Shown here: positions 1-10,120 of the stretch, piece after piece
Layout of the letters: the number at the start of each line of letters is the position of its first letter
Numbering within the stretch: the first letter of the stretch is position 1
Source of the DNA: Candidatus Multivoradales bacterium
Lineage (GTDB): Bacteria; Acidobacteriota; Thermoanaerobaculia; Multivoradales; JAHEKO01
NCBI GenBank assembly: GCA_965223755.1
Contig: CBDCXF010000002.1
Coordinates: 733,780-797,779, forward strand
Direction of reading: 5' to 3'
DNA: 64,000 nucleotides
Made by a program: the position numbers and the translations under genes
The notes under the pieces: generated by a model
The model's database searches: none
Told to the model about the DNA's origin: nothing
Seen by the model: only the letters and a program-made list of their open reading frames with translations

Positions 1-263
1 CTTTTTTCGACTTCGGCGCGCGCTTCGCGAATGGGCTTGCCCATCTCCTCGGTCATCAAAGACGCGTGGCGGTCCACTTCCGCACGCAAGCGAGCGGCCA
101 GAGAACGCAGGACCGAACTCCGCTTATCGAGCCCGACCAGGGACCATTTGGAGAAAGCCTGCTGGAGAGAGTTGAGGCGTCGCCGAACCTCCGCCTTGTT
201 GTGTTCGGGCCACTCCCGCACGATTTCGCCGGTGGCCGGATTGATGGATTGCATGGCAGCCAT
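1..263 (-). CDS. NAD(P)-dependent aldehyde dehydrogenase, N-terminal part (gene continues beyond window start)
   Basis: Reverse-strand ATG at 263-261 with open frame to position 1. Translation MAAMQSINPATGEIVREWPEHNKAEVRRRLNSLQQAF... carries the SINPATGE N-terminal signature typical of ALDH/succinate-semialdehyde dehydrogenases. Absent from ORF track because it is cut by the window edge. Confidence 0.5.
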   Translation of the reverse strand, partial: MAAMQSINPATGEIVREWPEHNKAEVRRRLNSLQQAFSKWSLVGLDKRSSVLRSLAARLRAEVDRHASLMTEEMGKPIREARAEVEK

Positions 264-297
264 CTTAAGCAATTCTGTGTACAATCTTGCGCCCTCG

Positions 298-800
<503 letters not shown>

Positions 801-895
801 TTCTCGACTGCACAACCTGTCATCCCGAGCGTAGTCGAGGGATCTGGGGGCTGGTGCAGCGGCTAATCAGCTCAACAACGCTTGGCTCGAACTAG

Positions 896-2785
896 CTAAG
901 GATCCAGATAGCAGGCCGCAACGTCATCTTTACCTGCGCGTTTTGCTCTCCGCTTGCCCATCGGCAGATCCCAACACAGGTCGCCACCGCAGTCATTGCG
1001 CAGCACCACTCCAAGGCGGCGGGAGTCTCGAATCAACACGCGTGGCTCGGCGTCGAGTCTTGACGCCCAAAAAGGACGGAAGGAGGGCTCGACTTCGAAC
1101 TCAACCACGACGTCGCGCTCGGCCGGTTCGACTGGGATGCGGCACAGGCTCCAGCGGTTCGGGATTTCGGTTTCTAGGGCCAAGGCGCCATCCACCCAAA
1201 CTTTGAGTTTCGATTCGTGAGTTGCCGCTCGCGGATGTCCGTCGATGATCGAGAATGAAAGCCATTGGCCTTCACGCGGTAGAGCCGCGACGGCTCGCTC
1301 GGATATCCAATGACGCTGACCCGGAACGCCAGCTCTCGGGCTACTTGCCATCGGGCGTGGGCCCTCCCAGCCGTAGAAACCCCATCGAACTGACTGCTGC
1401 CATGGTCGCTGCTGTTGAAATGGCAAGGCGGCAAACGCAGCGACCGTTAGAGCCACGGCACCGGTGCCGACAAGCTTGCGTGCAACAGCGGTTTCATTCG
1501 TGCTCACAATCCACAGCGCTGCAAACAACCATAACTGCCATTCGAGCACCTTTAAATAGAGCAAGTACTGAAACACTCCGTAGGCCAAAAGCCCCAAAGC
1601 CGACAAGGCTAACGCGCGCTGCAAACTGCCTTCGCTCGAAGATTTCGGGCGAACGCGAAGCGCCAAGACAACGAAGAGGAAAAGGAACGCCAATGCCCCC
1701 ACAGTTCCACGTTCGGCGAGGATCTGCATCGGCAGGTTGTGAGCCGTGTCAGCTCCGCGCACGCGGCCGCCGTGGCTGCTGGCTTCGAGTGCGTAGGCGT
1801 TGGCGTAGGAACCTGTTCCCCAACCGAGAATCGGCCTCTGCCGGAACAATGCAAGCGACACTTCGAAAAAGTGGTCGCGGCTGGATGCGCTGGTGGACAA
1901 GGCGCGCTCCAGCAGGGGCCGGCGAAGATCCGGCACTGCAGCGACGATGGAAGCTGACACCAAGCCGACTACAATGGCCGCACTCGACCAGTGCCGCCAT
2001 CGCGCTCGCTGAACAAAGAGCAGCACCAGGAACTGCAGAGCCATGGTGATCCAAGCGCCCCGCTGGAGGGTCCAGGCGACCGCCACCACGACGGTGAGGA
2101 CGAACGCTCCGGAGACCCAAGCCATTTGCCATCGCCGCTGAACCCAGGCCAAACCAAGAGGCCAAACCAGAATCAGGTACTCGGCAAACCTGCGCGAATC
2201 GACGAAAACCGACTGCAATCTTGGGTCGTCAAGTTCCCGCGGGCTCGGGCGGTAGGTCCAAAGATCAACCCATCCCAAGCGGTTGAGATAACCCAGCGCC
2301 AGCGCTGATATCAATCCGACGGTAATCGCGCCGGTCAATTCCCAAACTCGCTCGCGTGGAATCAGTCGAAGGACGGACCAGGCAACGCCTATTCCGAGAA
2401 TGAGCGCGAGCAGGACATTCCACGCAAAAGCCGCCTGCCCACTATGAAAGTGGGAGATCTCATCTGCTACGCGTGCCCAGCCGCGCAGGCCCGTGGCTGG
2501 TACGGCTGGGAAGGGCCACATCGCCGCCAATGCCACGACCAACCACGTCGCCACCGCGATCGCGGTGCTCCAATAACGCACCGCTGGTTTGTGTCCTCGA
2601 ACGGCCGCCAATGCTATTACCACTATGGCAGCAAGGTTGATCGGCTCGGAGTAAAGCCCGCCGGGCGAAAATCCAAAGAAGGGAAGGAAAGCGGCAAACC
2701 CGTAGAGTGCAAAGCGGGGGCGCACCAATCCTGCCGCAGCCACAATCAGGGGCGCCAACCAAGTCAGCTGATCAATGAGCTCCAC
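896..2785 (-). CDS. O-antigen ligase (WaaL/Wzy_C) family membrane protein with C-terminal periplasmic domain
   Basis: 629-aa ORF with ~12 predicted TM helices. Contains the Wzy_C-like block ILGWGTGSYANAYALEASSHGGRVRGADTAHNLPMQILAERGTVG. ~190-aa C-terminal extension of unknown fold. Confidence 0.6.
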   Translation of the reverse strand: MELIDQLTWLAPLIVAAAGLVRPRFALYGFAAFLPFFGFSPGGLYSEPINLAAIVVIALAAVRGHKPAVRYWSTAIAVATWLVVALAAMWPFPAVPATGLRGWARVADEISHFHSGQAAFAWNVLLALILGIGVAWSVLRLIPRERVWELTGAITVGLISALALGYLNRLGWVDLWTYRPSPRELDDPRLQSVFVDSRRFAEYLILVWPLGLAWVQRRWQMAWVSGAFVLTVVVAVAWTLQRGAWITMALQFLVLLFVQRARWRHWSSAAIVVGLVSASIVAAVPDLRRPLLERALSTSASSRDHFFEVSLALFRQRPILGWGTGSYANAYALEASSHGGRVRGADTAHNLPMQILAERGTVGALAFLFLFVVLALRVRPKSSSEGSLQRALALSALGLLAYGVFQYLLYLKVLEWQLWLFAALWIVSTNETAVARKLVGTGAVALTVAAFAALPFQQQRPWQQSVRWGFYGWEGPRPMASSPRAGVPGQRHWISERAVAALPREGQWLSFSIIDGHPRAATHESKLKVWVDGALALETEIPNRWSLCRIPVEPAERDVVVEFEVEPSFRPFWASRLDAEPRVLIRDSRRLGVVLRNDCGGDLCWDLPMGKRRAKRAGKDDVAACYLDP

Positions 2786-2914
2786 TAAGAACCGCCTTCA
2801 TCAAAGAGATCTGAGGGTCTACATGCCTTGAACTCACGCTGCAGATCGTACCGCCAGCGAGAAGTTCCACAATCAACATGGTCTATATTCACACTCACAA
2901 AAAGGGCACCGCAA

Positions 2915-4906
2915 ATGGATCATCAACTCGCCATCAACACCATCCGATTCCTGGCCATCGATATGGTCGAGGCAGCCAAATCCGGGCATCCCGGCGCACC
3001 GATGGGACAGGCCGCGATGGCCTATCAGTTGTGGACGCAGCACTTGGCGTTCGACCCTCAGCAACCTGAGTGGCCCAATCGCGATCGCTTCGTGCTGTCT
3101 TGCGGCCATGCTTCGGCACTTATCTACGCCCTGCTGCATCTCGCGGGCTACGATCTTTCGATCGACCAACTCAAGAATTTCCGTCAACTGGATTCGCAGA
3201 CCCCAGGACATCCCGAGTACGGACACACTCCCGGCGTGGAAACGACCACCGGGCCGCTCGGCCAAGGACTGGCCACTGCGGTTGGTATGGCGATCGGCGA
3301 ACAGATGCTGGCGGAACGCTTCAATCGTTCGGACTTCCCGCTGTTCGACTACCGAACTTGGGTCATCGCCAGTGACGGCGACCTCATGGAAGGCGTGACG
3401 TCTGAAGCCTGCTCGCTGGCCGGCCACTTGCGCCTGGGCAAGCTCATTTGCCTTTACGACGACAACCGCATTTCGATTGACGGCTCGACCGACCTCACCT
3501 TTTCGGAGAACGTCCTGCAGCGCTACGAGTCTTATGGCTGGCACGTGGCAGAGGTCGAAGACGGCAACGACTTACAAGCGCTCGACCAAGCCATGGCTGC
3601 GGCGACCGCCGAAGCGGATCGACCGAGTCTGATCTCCGTGCACACCCACATCGGCTTCGGCAGCCCCAACAAGCAAGACTCCGCAGCCGCGCATGGGTCT
3701 CCGCTGGGAGACGAGGAAGCCGCACGCACGCGAGTCGCCCTGGACTGGCCGGAGGATGCCCGATTCTTGGTACCCGAGGAGGCGACCGCAGCGTTCGCTC
3801 ACGCCGCTCAAAGAGGAGCGCAAAAGCACGCTGGATGGCAGGAACTGCTGGATGAATACCGTCGCCAACACCCTCGACCGGCGGCGGAACTCGACCGGCG
3901 CCTCGCCCGATCTCTCGACGATGACTTTGCCGCCGGGATTCCCGAATTCACTCCGGAAGACGGCCCCATGGCCACCCGCAAAGCCTCCGGGGCCGTGCTC
4001 AACGGCCTGGCCCGGAACACCCCTGAACTTGCCGGCGGTTCGGCCGACCTCACCGGTTCCAACAAGACCTTCCTTGACGGACAACCCGTCTTCTCGGCGG
4101 AGAAGCGTGACGCTCCAAACTTCCACTTTGGCGTGCGCGAGCACGCCATGGGTTCGATCCTCAACGGTCTGGCATTGACCCCTGGGTTCATCCCTTACGG
4201 CGGCACCTTTTTGATCTTTTCCGACTACATGCGGCCGGCCATCCGCATTGCAGCACTCATGGGTCTGCACGTGGTCTATGTCTTTACCCACGATTCCATT
4301 TTCTTAGGTGAGGACGGGCCCACCCATCAGCCCATCAGCCAGTTGCTGTCATTGCGTTCGATCCCCAACCTCTTGGTCTTGCGCCCGGCTGACGCCGCCG
4401 AAACCGCGGAGGCATGGAAAGTGGCGGCGGCTCATCGTGGCGGTCCGGTTGCGCTGTCGCTGACCCGCCAAGGGCTGCCGATCCTGGCGGAGACGCTGGA
4501 AGGCGCGGCTGAGGGAGTGCCGTGCGGCGGCTACGTACTCTCCGGCGCCGACAGCGACCCGGATCTGATTCTCATCGCCACCGGGTCAGAAGTGCCCTTG
4601 GTAGTGGATGCCGGACGCCAATTGAGCGAAGACGGAGTGAATGTACGGGTTGTCAGTTTGCCGTCTTGGGAGCTTTTCGATGCCCAGAGCGATCACTACC
4701 GGCAGTCAGTATTGCCCGCGACTGGAAAACGCCTGGCGGTCGAGGCTGCCAGTCCTCTGGGGTGGGAACGCTATGTCGGCGATCAAGGCGACATCCTGGG
4801 AATCGAAGGCTTCGGCGCTTCGGCACCAGCGGGTGACCTCGCGGAACGCTACGGATTCACCGTCGCCAACGTCATCGAGCGCGCGCAGCGACTCCTTGAT
4901 TCGTAG
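2915..4906 (+). CDS. tkt: Transketolase
   Basis: [33 protein letters not shown]... is the TPP-binding N-terminus. GDGDLMEG and [15 protein letters not shown] motifs present. Start moved to internal ATG 2915 with aaaggg RBS. Full length ~663 aa. Confidence 0.9.
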   Translation: MDHQLAINTIRFLAIDMVEAAKSGHPGAPMGQAAMAYQLWTQHLAFDPQQPEWPNRDRFVLSCGHASALIYALLHLAGYDLSIDQLKNFRQLDSQTPGHPEYGHTPGVETTTGPLGQGLATAVGMAIGEQMLAERFNRSDFPLFDYRTWVIASDGDLMEGVTSEACSLAGHLRLGKLICLYDDNRISIDGSTDLTFSENVLQRYESYGWHVAEVEDGNDLQALDQAMAAATAEADRPSLISVHTHIGFGSPNKQDSAAAHGSPLGDEEAARTRVALDWPEDARFLVPEEATAAFAHAAQRGAQKHAGWQELLDEYRRQHPRPAAELDRRLARSLDDDFAAGIPEFTPEDGPMATRKASGAVLNGLARNTPELAGGSADLTGSNKTFLDGQPVFSAEKRDAPNFHFGVREHAMGSILNGLALTPGFIPYGGTFLIFSDYMRPAIRIAALMGLHVVYVFTHDSIFLGEDGPTHQPISQLLSLRSIPNLLVLRPADAAETAEAWKVAAAHRGGPVALSLTRQGLPILAETLEGAAEGVPCGGYVLSGADSDPDLILIATGSEVPLVVDAGRQLSEDGVNVRVVSLPSWELFDAQSDHYRQSVLPATGKRLAVEAASPLGWERYVGDQGDILGIEGFGASAPAGDLAERYGFTVANVIERAQRLLDS

Positions 4907-4931
4907 CCCCGTTTTTTGGTGACTCGGTCCT

Positions 4932-5306
4932 CTACATCCCCTCGCGACTGACCGTGGTGATGAAGCCGTCCGGATCCTGGACCGCGAAGTCCCGCGTCCC
5001 CCAGGGTTGATCGGTCAGGGGCTGGAAGAATTCGTAGCCGGACTCCTCCACCCGCTTTGCTGCTGCGTCCACGTCGTCGCAGGAAATGTAGAAGCGCATA
5101 CCGACCCCCTTGGTGCGCTCGCTGCCCTTGGCGAAGTCGTCCTGCGAAAGAAAGTACTGGACGCCGCCCGCCTGCATCTTGAGGCCGAGGACTTTGCCGT
5201 CTTCTTCGTAGGTGTCGGTGACTTCGAGTCCGAGCGCATCTTCATAGAACTTGCGGCTGGCGGCGAGATCGCTGGCGGTGATGGATGGCGACAAAAGCTT
5301 GTACAT
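4932..5306 (-). CDS. VOC family (glyoxalase/bleomycin-resistance/dioxygenase fold) protein
   Basis: 124 aa, two beta-alpha-beta-beta-beta modules (ASRKFYEDALGLEV...; GVGMRFYISCDDVDAAAKRVEESG). Convergent with tkt. Confidence 0.7.
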   Translation of the reverse strand: MYKLLSPSITASDLAASRKFYEDALGLEVTDTYEEDGKVLGLKMQAGGVQYFLSQDDFAKGSERTKGVGMRFYISCDDVDAAAKRVEESGYEFFQPLTDQPWGTRDFAVQDPDGFITTVSREGM

Positions 5307-5363
5307 GGGGTTCCTCCTGAAAACGATGTGCTGTGAGGTGAGGATCTTTCCTACTGCAGGCCG

Positions 5364-5458
5364 ACCCTATTGTAGATAGCCCCTACTGTAGAAAACCCCT
5401 ACCGTAGATAACCCTTACTGTAGATAACCCCTACTGTAGATAACCCAGACTGCGCAGA
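5364..5458. repeat. 16-bp tandem repeat (CCCCTACTGTAGATAA-like, ~6 copies) spanning the sulfatase stop codon
   Basis: ccctattgtagatag / cccctactgtagaaaa / cccctaccgtagataa / cccttactgtagataa / cccctactgtagataa / cccagactgcgcagac. Last 1.5 copies encode the C-terminal ...SLGYLQ* of the 5431..7848 gene. Period 16 puts TAG/TAA in all three frames. Confidence 0.7.
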
Positions 5459-7848
5459 CTCTCTGCTTCAGCGTCGCTCAAGGACTGTCCGAACTCAGCG
5501 TCGGAAGGCAACCGTCGACGCTCGGTTTCCGCCCGCCAGGCGTCGAGGTCGGCGGTGAGCGACGCGACGACGTCTTCATTTTCGCCAGCCACGTTGTTCT
5601 GGTCCAACGGATCGGCAGTGCGGTCGTAGAGTTCGGTGGAAACGACCTCGCCGTCCGGCCGTTGCTTGACAATCAGCTTCCATTCCGTGGTGCTCAGCGC
5701 CGACCAGTTGTATTGATCTTCCTCCTCGGACCGCACGTCTTCGGCAAACACCTCGGTGAACGCCGGCTGGGTGCGCAATGTCCGTTCGCCTCGAATCTCC
5801 GGTACCAAGCTCCGGCCCTGCGTCTGTTGCGGCAGCGGTAACCCGGAAAGTTCGAGCATTGTGGGCATCATGTCGATGGTCTGAGTCGGTCCCTCGAGGC
5901 GAACGCCCTCGGGGATGAACCCAGGCCCCCACATGATGAGAGGCACTTGATTGAGCTCTCCATACACCGTGTGGCCATGGAAATGCGCGTCGTGGTCAAG
6001 AAACTCGGTTCCGTGATCGGATACGAAGGCGACGATCACCTCGTCGCGCAAACCCCACTCCTCCAGGTTTGCAATCAGTTTTTGCAGTTCGTCGTCCATG
6101 CCCCGGATCGAGCCGTCATAAGCATCGAGTTCGTAGCCCACGTAGGCATCCGGATCCAATCCCGCTGCCTGGATCTCGTCGCGGCGTGGCATCCCGAACA
6201 CACGCATCAAAGGGGAATGCTCAATGAAGGGCCTCACCGCGTTCTGCTGACGCAAGTACTCCTCGACATCGCCGTCGGCACCGTAGAGATCGTCGTAGGG
6301 TTCATAGGGCTCGTACGGACTGTGCGGATCGGCAACGTGCAAGAAAGCAAAGAAGGGACTTTTGTGGCGGGGTTCGAGCCAGGACAGGAGGCGCTCGACC
6401 TGAATGCGGGCGGTCTTGGCCTTGGTGTTTTGCAACGACGACGACTCATACATGGTCTCGTAGCCTTGGTGCAGATTCGTAAACCGTCCGGTGAACGGAA
6501 TCGACGACAGCGCTAAGGTTGCGTAGCCGGCATCGCGGTAGATTTCGGCCATGGTCTGCGCCGCCGCCGGCAGGCGGTCGTGGAAGTTGGTGACCGTATG
6601 GCTGGAAGGGTACATCGAGGTGAACAGCGAGGTCACCGCCAGCTTGGTCCACGACGACTGCGAGATCGGATCCATGGCCACCGCTCCCTGCTCTGCCAAA
6701 GCCGTCAGCCCTGGAGCTGGATCTCGTTCGTAGCCATAGATGCCGAGATGATCGCGGCGCAGTGTGTCGGTCACCACCACGATGACGCCACGCGGCCCAG
6801 CGATTTCAGGAGTTCGCGACCGCACCACCGGAGCGCCCCACAGCCCCACTGGAGACCCCTCTCCTGCCGCTTCCAAGGACAAAGACAGGCGCACATCGCG
6901 ACCGGACCATTGCGAAAGGTCGACGGAGGTCGGCTCCCAGGTATCACCGACTTCGGGCGTCTGCGTCAAAACTTCCTCGGCCTCGCCCTCGTTCTTGCCA
7001 TCGCTTTCAATTGTCACCGCGAACCGAGCTGACGCCGCCCCCAACTGACTGAGGGCCAAATCGAGCCACGCATCCTTCGGTAGGGTCAGGTCATAGGCAA
7101 TTGTGTCCCCGACGCGGGCGACAATGGCTTCTTTGTAGATGTGTTGTACACCTTGCCAGGTGACCGTCGGCTCGGCCGCCAACAAACTGGCTCGGCGGTA
7201 GGTGATGCCCGCCGACTGCAGTGCAAAATCGCCGGCAGAGTCGGCCAGGCGCAAGACCAAAAAGGCCTCCCCATCGACTGGGACCTCGGTGGTCGCGGTC
7301 ATTACCACGTCTTGCCAGTCGTCACCGGCTTCAACCGAAGCCTGAAACGGCCACGGGAACACGCCTTCGATCGGCCCGCGCGGGCCGGAAGGAGGTTCGT
7401 CCATAACCCGCGCCGAGAGCTCGACAGCGCGGTCGCTCATCAGCCGCAGATGGATTTGGTGCAGCGTGTCACCGCCAGGAGGCCCTTCGATGGCGGCGTA
7501 GATCAATGGAAAGTCGTCGCTCGCGGAGCCGCGCAGGGCCGCATCCTCCACTTGCAAGCCGGCAACCCCCATTGCGGCATTCCAACTATCAGAGGCCGCA
7601 GATGTCCCCGAAAACTCCCACCGTGTGGATTGGCGGTCGGCGGGCTGTGTCTCGCCGTTGGCGAGTTCTGAAGTCACCGTTGCCTGCGGAAATAAATCCA
7701 CGAGGCTAACGGGATCCTGCGACGGAGGTCCGCCGCACGCGACCAAAGCCACAACTGCAACGACCAGACACCCCGCACGTAGATAACCAGCACCCAGATA
7801 ACCAGTACCCAGATAACCAAATTGGCCGAGACCAACTCGTTTGCTCAT
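5431..7848 (-). CDS. Sulfatase-like hydrolase/transferase (alkaline phosphatase superfamily) with ~330-aa N-terminal domain of unknown function, secreted/lipoprotein
   Basis: 805 aa. N-terminus MSKRVGLGQFGYLGTGYLGAGYLRAGCLVVAVVALVACG (signal/lipobox). Sulfatase-domain blocks VIVVVTDTLRRDHLGIYGY, SQSSWTKLAVTSLFTSMYPSSH (Ser-type, non-canonical S-x-W-x-K instead of C/S-x-P-x-R) and FVSDHGTEF. Confidence 0.65.
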   Translation of the reverse strand: MSKRVGLGQFGYLGTGYLGAGYLRAGCLVVAVVALVACGGPPSQDPVSLVDLFPQATVTSELANGETQPADRQSTRWEFSGTSAASDSWNAAMGVAGLQVEDAALRGSASDDFPLIYAAIEGPPGGDTLHQIHLRLMSDRAVELSARVMDEPPSGPRGPIEGVFPWPFQASVEAGDDWQDVVMTATTEVPVDGEAFLVLRLADSAGDFALQSAGITYRRASLLAAEPTVTWQGVQHIYKEAIVARVGDTIAYDLTLPKDAWLDLALSQLGAASARFAVTIESDGKNEGEAEEVLTQTPEVGDTWEPTSVDLSQWSGRDVRLSLSLEAAGEGSPVGLWGAPVVRSRTPEIAGPRGVIVVVTDTLRRDHLGIYGYERDPAPGLTALAEQGAVAMDPISQSSWTKLAVTSLFTSMYPSSHTVTNFHDRLPAAAQTMAEIYRDAGYATLALSSIPFTGRFTNLHQGYETMYESSSLQNTKAKTARIQVERLLSWLEPRHKSPFFAFLHVADPHSPYEPYEPYDDLYGADGDVEEYLRQQNAVRPFIEHSPLMRVFGMPRRDEIQAAGLDPDAYVGYELDAYDGSIRGMDDELQKLIANLEEWGLRDEVIVAFVSDHGTEFLDHDAHFHGHTVYGELNQVPLIMWGPGFIPEGVRLEGPTQTIDMMPTMLELSGLPLPQQTQGRSLVPEIRGERTLRTQPAFTEVFAEDVRSEEEDQYNWSALSTTEWKLIVKQRPDGEVVSTELYDRTADPLDQNNVAGENEDVVASLTADLDAWRAETERRRLPSDAEFGQSLSDAEAESLRSLGYLQ

Positions 7849-8141
7849 AGGAGCTCCTTTCGCGCCACGCTGTTCAAACCAACGGCAAAGCTGCCAACCG
7901 CAAAGCTGGCCGGATCTTAGAAAAAGACCAATGCGTGAAACAAGTTCGCTAGCCGGACCTTCTCACCAGAGTTGGAGTCAGGGTGCCGCAAATGGCTGAA
8001 GATACAAGGCTTGTGAGCGAGGATCGACGCAGGCGTAGCGGTAGCTACGTTGAGGATCTCGAGGAAGCGTAACGCCGTAGATTCAGTGATTTACTGCATC
8101 CTGGACGAAGTCTGATGAAAAGATCAGGCTAAACTTCATCG

Positions 8142-10007
8142 ATGTTTGGGAACCAGGTTACAAACACTATGAAGAAGGGGTTCGCGGGGGCCGTTTTGGG
8201 AATTGTTGTCCTCGCTTTTCCAACATCAGCGGATGAGTCGACTCTCGTCGATGCCGCTCGCGAGGTGGCCGAGAACGCCGGCTTCGTCACCTTGATCACT
8301 CAGGGCGATGATGGGCGGGCCAGGTCTCGCATTATGGATCCTCATCTTCCCGGCGAGAACTTCGTGGTGTGGATGGCGACCAACCCCCAAAGCCGCAAGG
8401 TGGAAGAGCTGCGCCGCGATCCTCGAGTGACTTTGCACTACTTTCAGGCCGATCCACCCGCCTACGTCACCTTGCACGGACGAGCCACGCTGGTCAACGA
8501 TGCTGAGGCCAAACTGAAGTACTGGAAAGAAGAATGGGCTCCTCACTGGCCCGATCGCGAGGAGTCGTTGCTGCTCATCCGCGTCGAACCCGAATGGTTG
8601 GAGGTCGTCGACCCAGCTAACGAAGTCTTCCCCGACCCGCAGACCTGGCAGCCGCAAGGTGTGGCCTTCGCGCCGCCCCAACTCGACCGCGTTCTTCTGC
8701 TAGGCGGCACCGTCCTCACCATGGATGGCGACGACACCACAATCGAAGACGGCGCGGTTGCGATTGAGCAAGGCGAGATCGTTGCCGTAGGTGAGCGCGA
8801 CGCAGTCACCACAGACTTCCACGCCGACCGAGTCATCGACGCCGACGGCGGTCTCATTCTGCCCGGACTCATCAACACCCACACCCACGTACCCATGACG
8901 CTTTTTCGCGGTCTCGCCGACGACCTACCCCTGATGGAATGGCTGCAGGAACACATCTTCCCAGCGGAGGCGGAGTTCGTAGACGAAGACTTCGTCCGCT
9001 TGGGCACGCAACTCGCCTGCGCCGAGATGCTGCGTTCGGGAACCACGACGGTTGTGGACATGTACTACTTCGAAAACGCCATTGCCGAGGAAGTGGACCG
9101 TTGCGGCATACGGGCGATCCTGGGGCAGACTCTGATCGACTTTCCGGCGCCGGACTACGCGACCTGGGACGAAGTGATGGCCGCGACCCGCGCGTTCGTC
9201 GAGACCTGGAGCGACCATCCACGAGTTATCCCTGCCGTAGCTCCCCACGCTCCCTATACGGTGTCACCCGAGCATCTGGTCGCCGCTCACGATCTGGCTG
9301 AAGAACTGGATGCGCCCTTCATGATTCACCTGGCGGAAGACCGCACCGAACTCGCAACCATCAACGAGCGCCACGGAACGACCCCGGTACGCCACCTCAA
9401 CCGACTCGGCATTCTCGAGGACCGCGTGCTCGCCGCCCACATGATCTGGCCGGACGGTGAAGAAATCGACCTCCTCGCCGCCAACGGGGTCGGTGTCGCC
9501 CACTGTCCGCAATCCAACATGAAGGTCGCAGCCGGCATTGCCCCGGTTCCGGAGATGCTGGCAGCAGGAGTGGCCGTCGGTTTGGGCACCGACGGTCCCG
9601 CCAGCAACAACGATCTCAACCTGTGGGAGGAGATGGATACCGCGGCCAAACTCCACAAAGTCGACGACAACGATCCAACGGTAGTGAGCGCTCGCCAGGC
9701 GTTACGCATGGCCACCATCGACGGAGCAAAGGCTCTCGACCTCGACCACCGTATCGGATCTCTGGAGGTCGGCAAGCGGGCCGATGTCATCGTCGTGGCA
9801 ACCGATGGCTTGCACCAGATTCCAGCCAGCGACCCGTACTCGACCCTGGTTTACGCCACCAAAGCGGCGGATGTGCGGACGGTGCTCGTTGACGGCAAGA
9901 TTGTGGTCGACAACAACCAAGTTCTGACTGTCGATCGTGAGGCGGTGGGAGCAGCGGCCAATTCGCTCCGCGATCGGATCGAACAGGCTCAATCGCAGGG
10001 AAATTAA
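8142..10007 (+). CDS. Fusion protein: N-terminal PNPOx-like (general stress protein 26 / pyridoxamine-5'-phosphate-oxidase fold) domain + C-terminal amidohydrolase of the MTA/SAH-deaminase (TRZ/ATZ) family, signal peptide
   Basis: Residues ~30-165 (ENAGFVTLITQGDDGRARSRIMDP...VVWMATNPQSRKVEELRRDPRVTLHY...LIRVEPEWLEV) resemble FMN-binding split-barrel GSP26 proteins. Residues ~185-610 carry LPGLINTHTHVPMT, HLAED, GTDGPASNN and EVGKRADVIVV amidohydrolase motifs. Alternative start ATG 8169 (MKKGFAGAVLGIVVLAFPTSA signal peptide). Confidence 0.7.
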   Translation: MFGNQVTNTMKKGFAGAVLGIVVLAFPTSADESTLVDAAREVAENAGFVTLITQGDDGRARSRIMDPHLPGENFVVWMATNPQSRKVEELRRDPRVTLHYFQADPPAYVTLHGRATLVNDAEAKLKYWKEEWAPHWPDREESLLLIRVEPEWLEVVDPANEVFPDPQTWQPQGVAFAPPQLDRVLLLGGTVLTMDGDDTTIEDGAVAIEQGEIVAVGERDAVTTDFHADRVIDADGGLILPGLINTHTHVPMTLFRGLADDLPLMEWLQEHIFPAEAEFVDEDFVRLGTQLACAEMLRSGTTTVVDMYYFENAIAEEVDRCGIRAILGQTLIDFPAPDYATWDEVMAATRAFVETWSDHPRVIPAVAPHAPYTVSPEHLVAAHDLAEELDAPFMIHLAEDRTELATINERHGTTPVRHLNRLGILEDRVLAAHMIWPDGEEIDLLAANGVGVAHCPQSNMKVAAGIAPVPEMLAAGVAVGLGTDGPASNNDLNLWEEMDTAAKLHKVDDNDPTVVSARQALRMATIDGAKALDLDHRIGSLEVGKRADVIVVATDGLHQIPASDPYSTLVYATKAADVRTVLVDGKIVVDNNQVLTVDREAVGAAANSLRDRIEQAQSQGN

Positions 10008-10017
10008 CTCCCTGGCA

Positions 10018-10050
10018 GCTTGTGAAGAACTTCACAAGCTCCTATACTTT
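10018..10050 (+). terminator. Putative intrinsic terminator after the amidohydrolase gene
   Basis: Perfect 10-bp stem GCTTGTGAAG-aa-CTTCACAAGC beginning 11 nt after the TAA stop, followed by tcctatactttgcc. T-tract is weak. Confidence 0.45.
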
Positions 10051-10120
10051 GCCGTTGCAGGGCAGCCCGCAGAGCATCTCGGGCTGCCTTTGCGTGTAAC
10101 CGTTCACTCCAACCAGCATC

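Noticed and set aside
3572-4291. ORF 3572..4291 (-) 239 aa and other ORFs inside tkt
   Set aside because: Antisense to an unambiguous transketolase frame.
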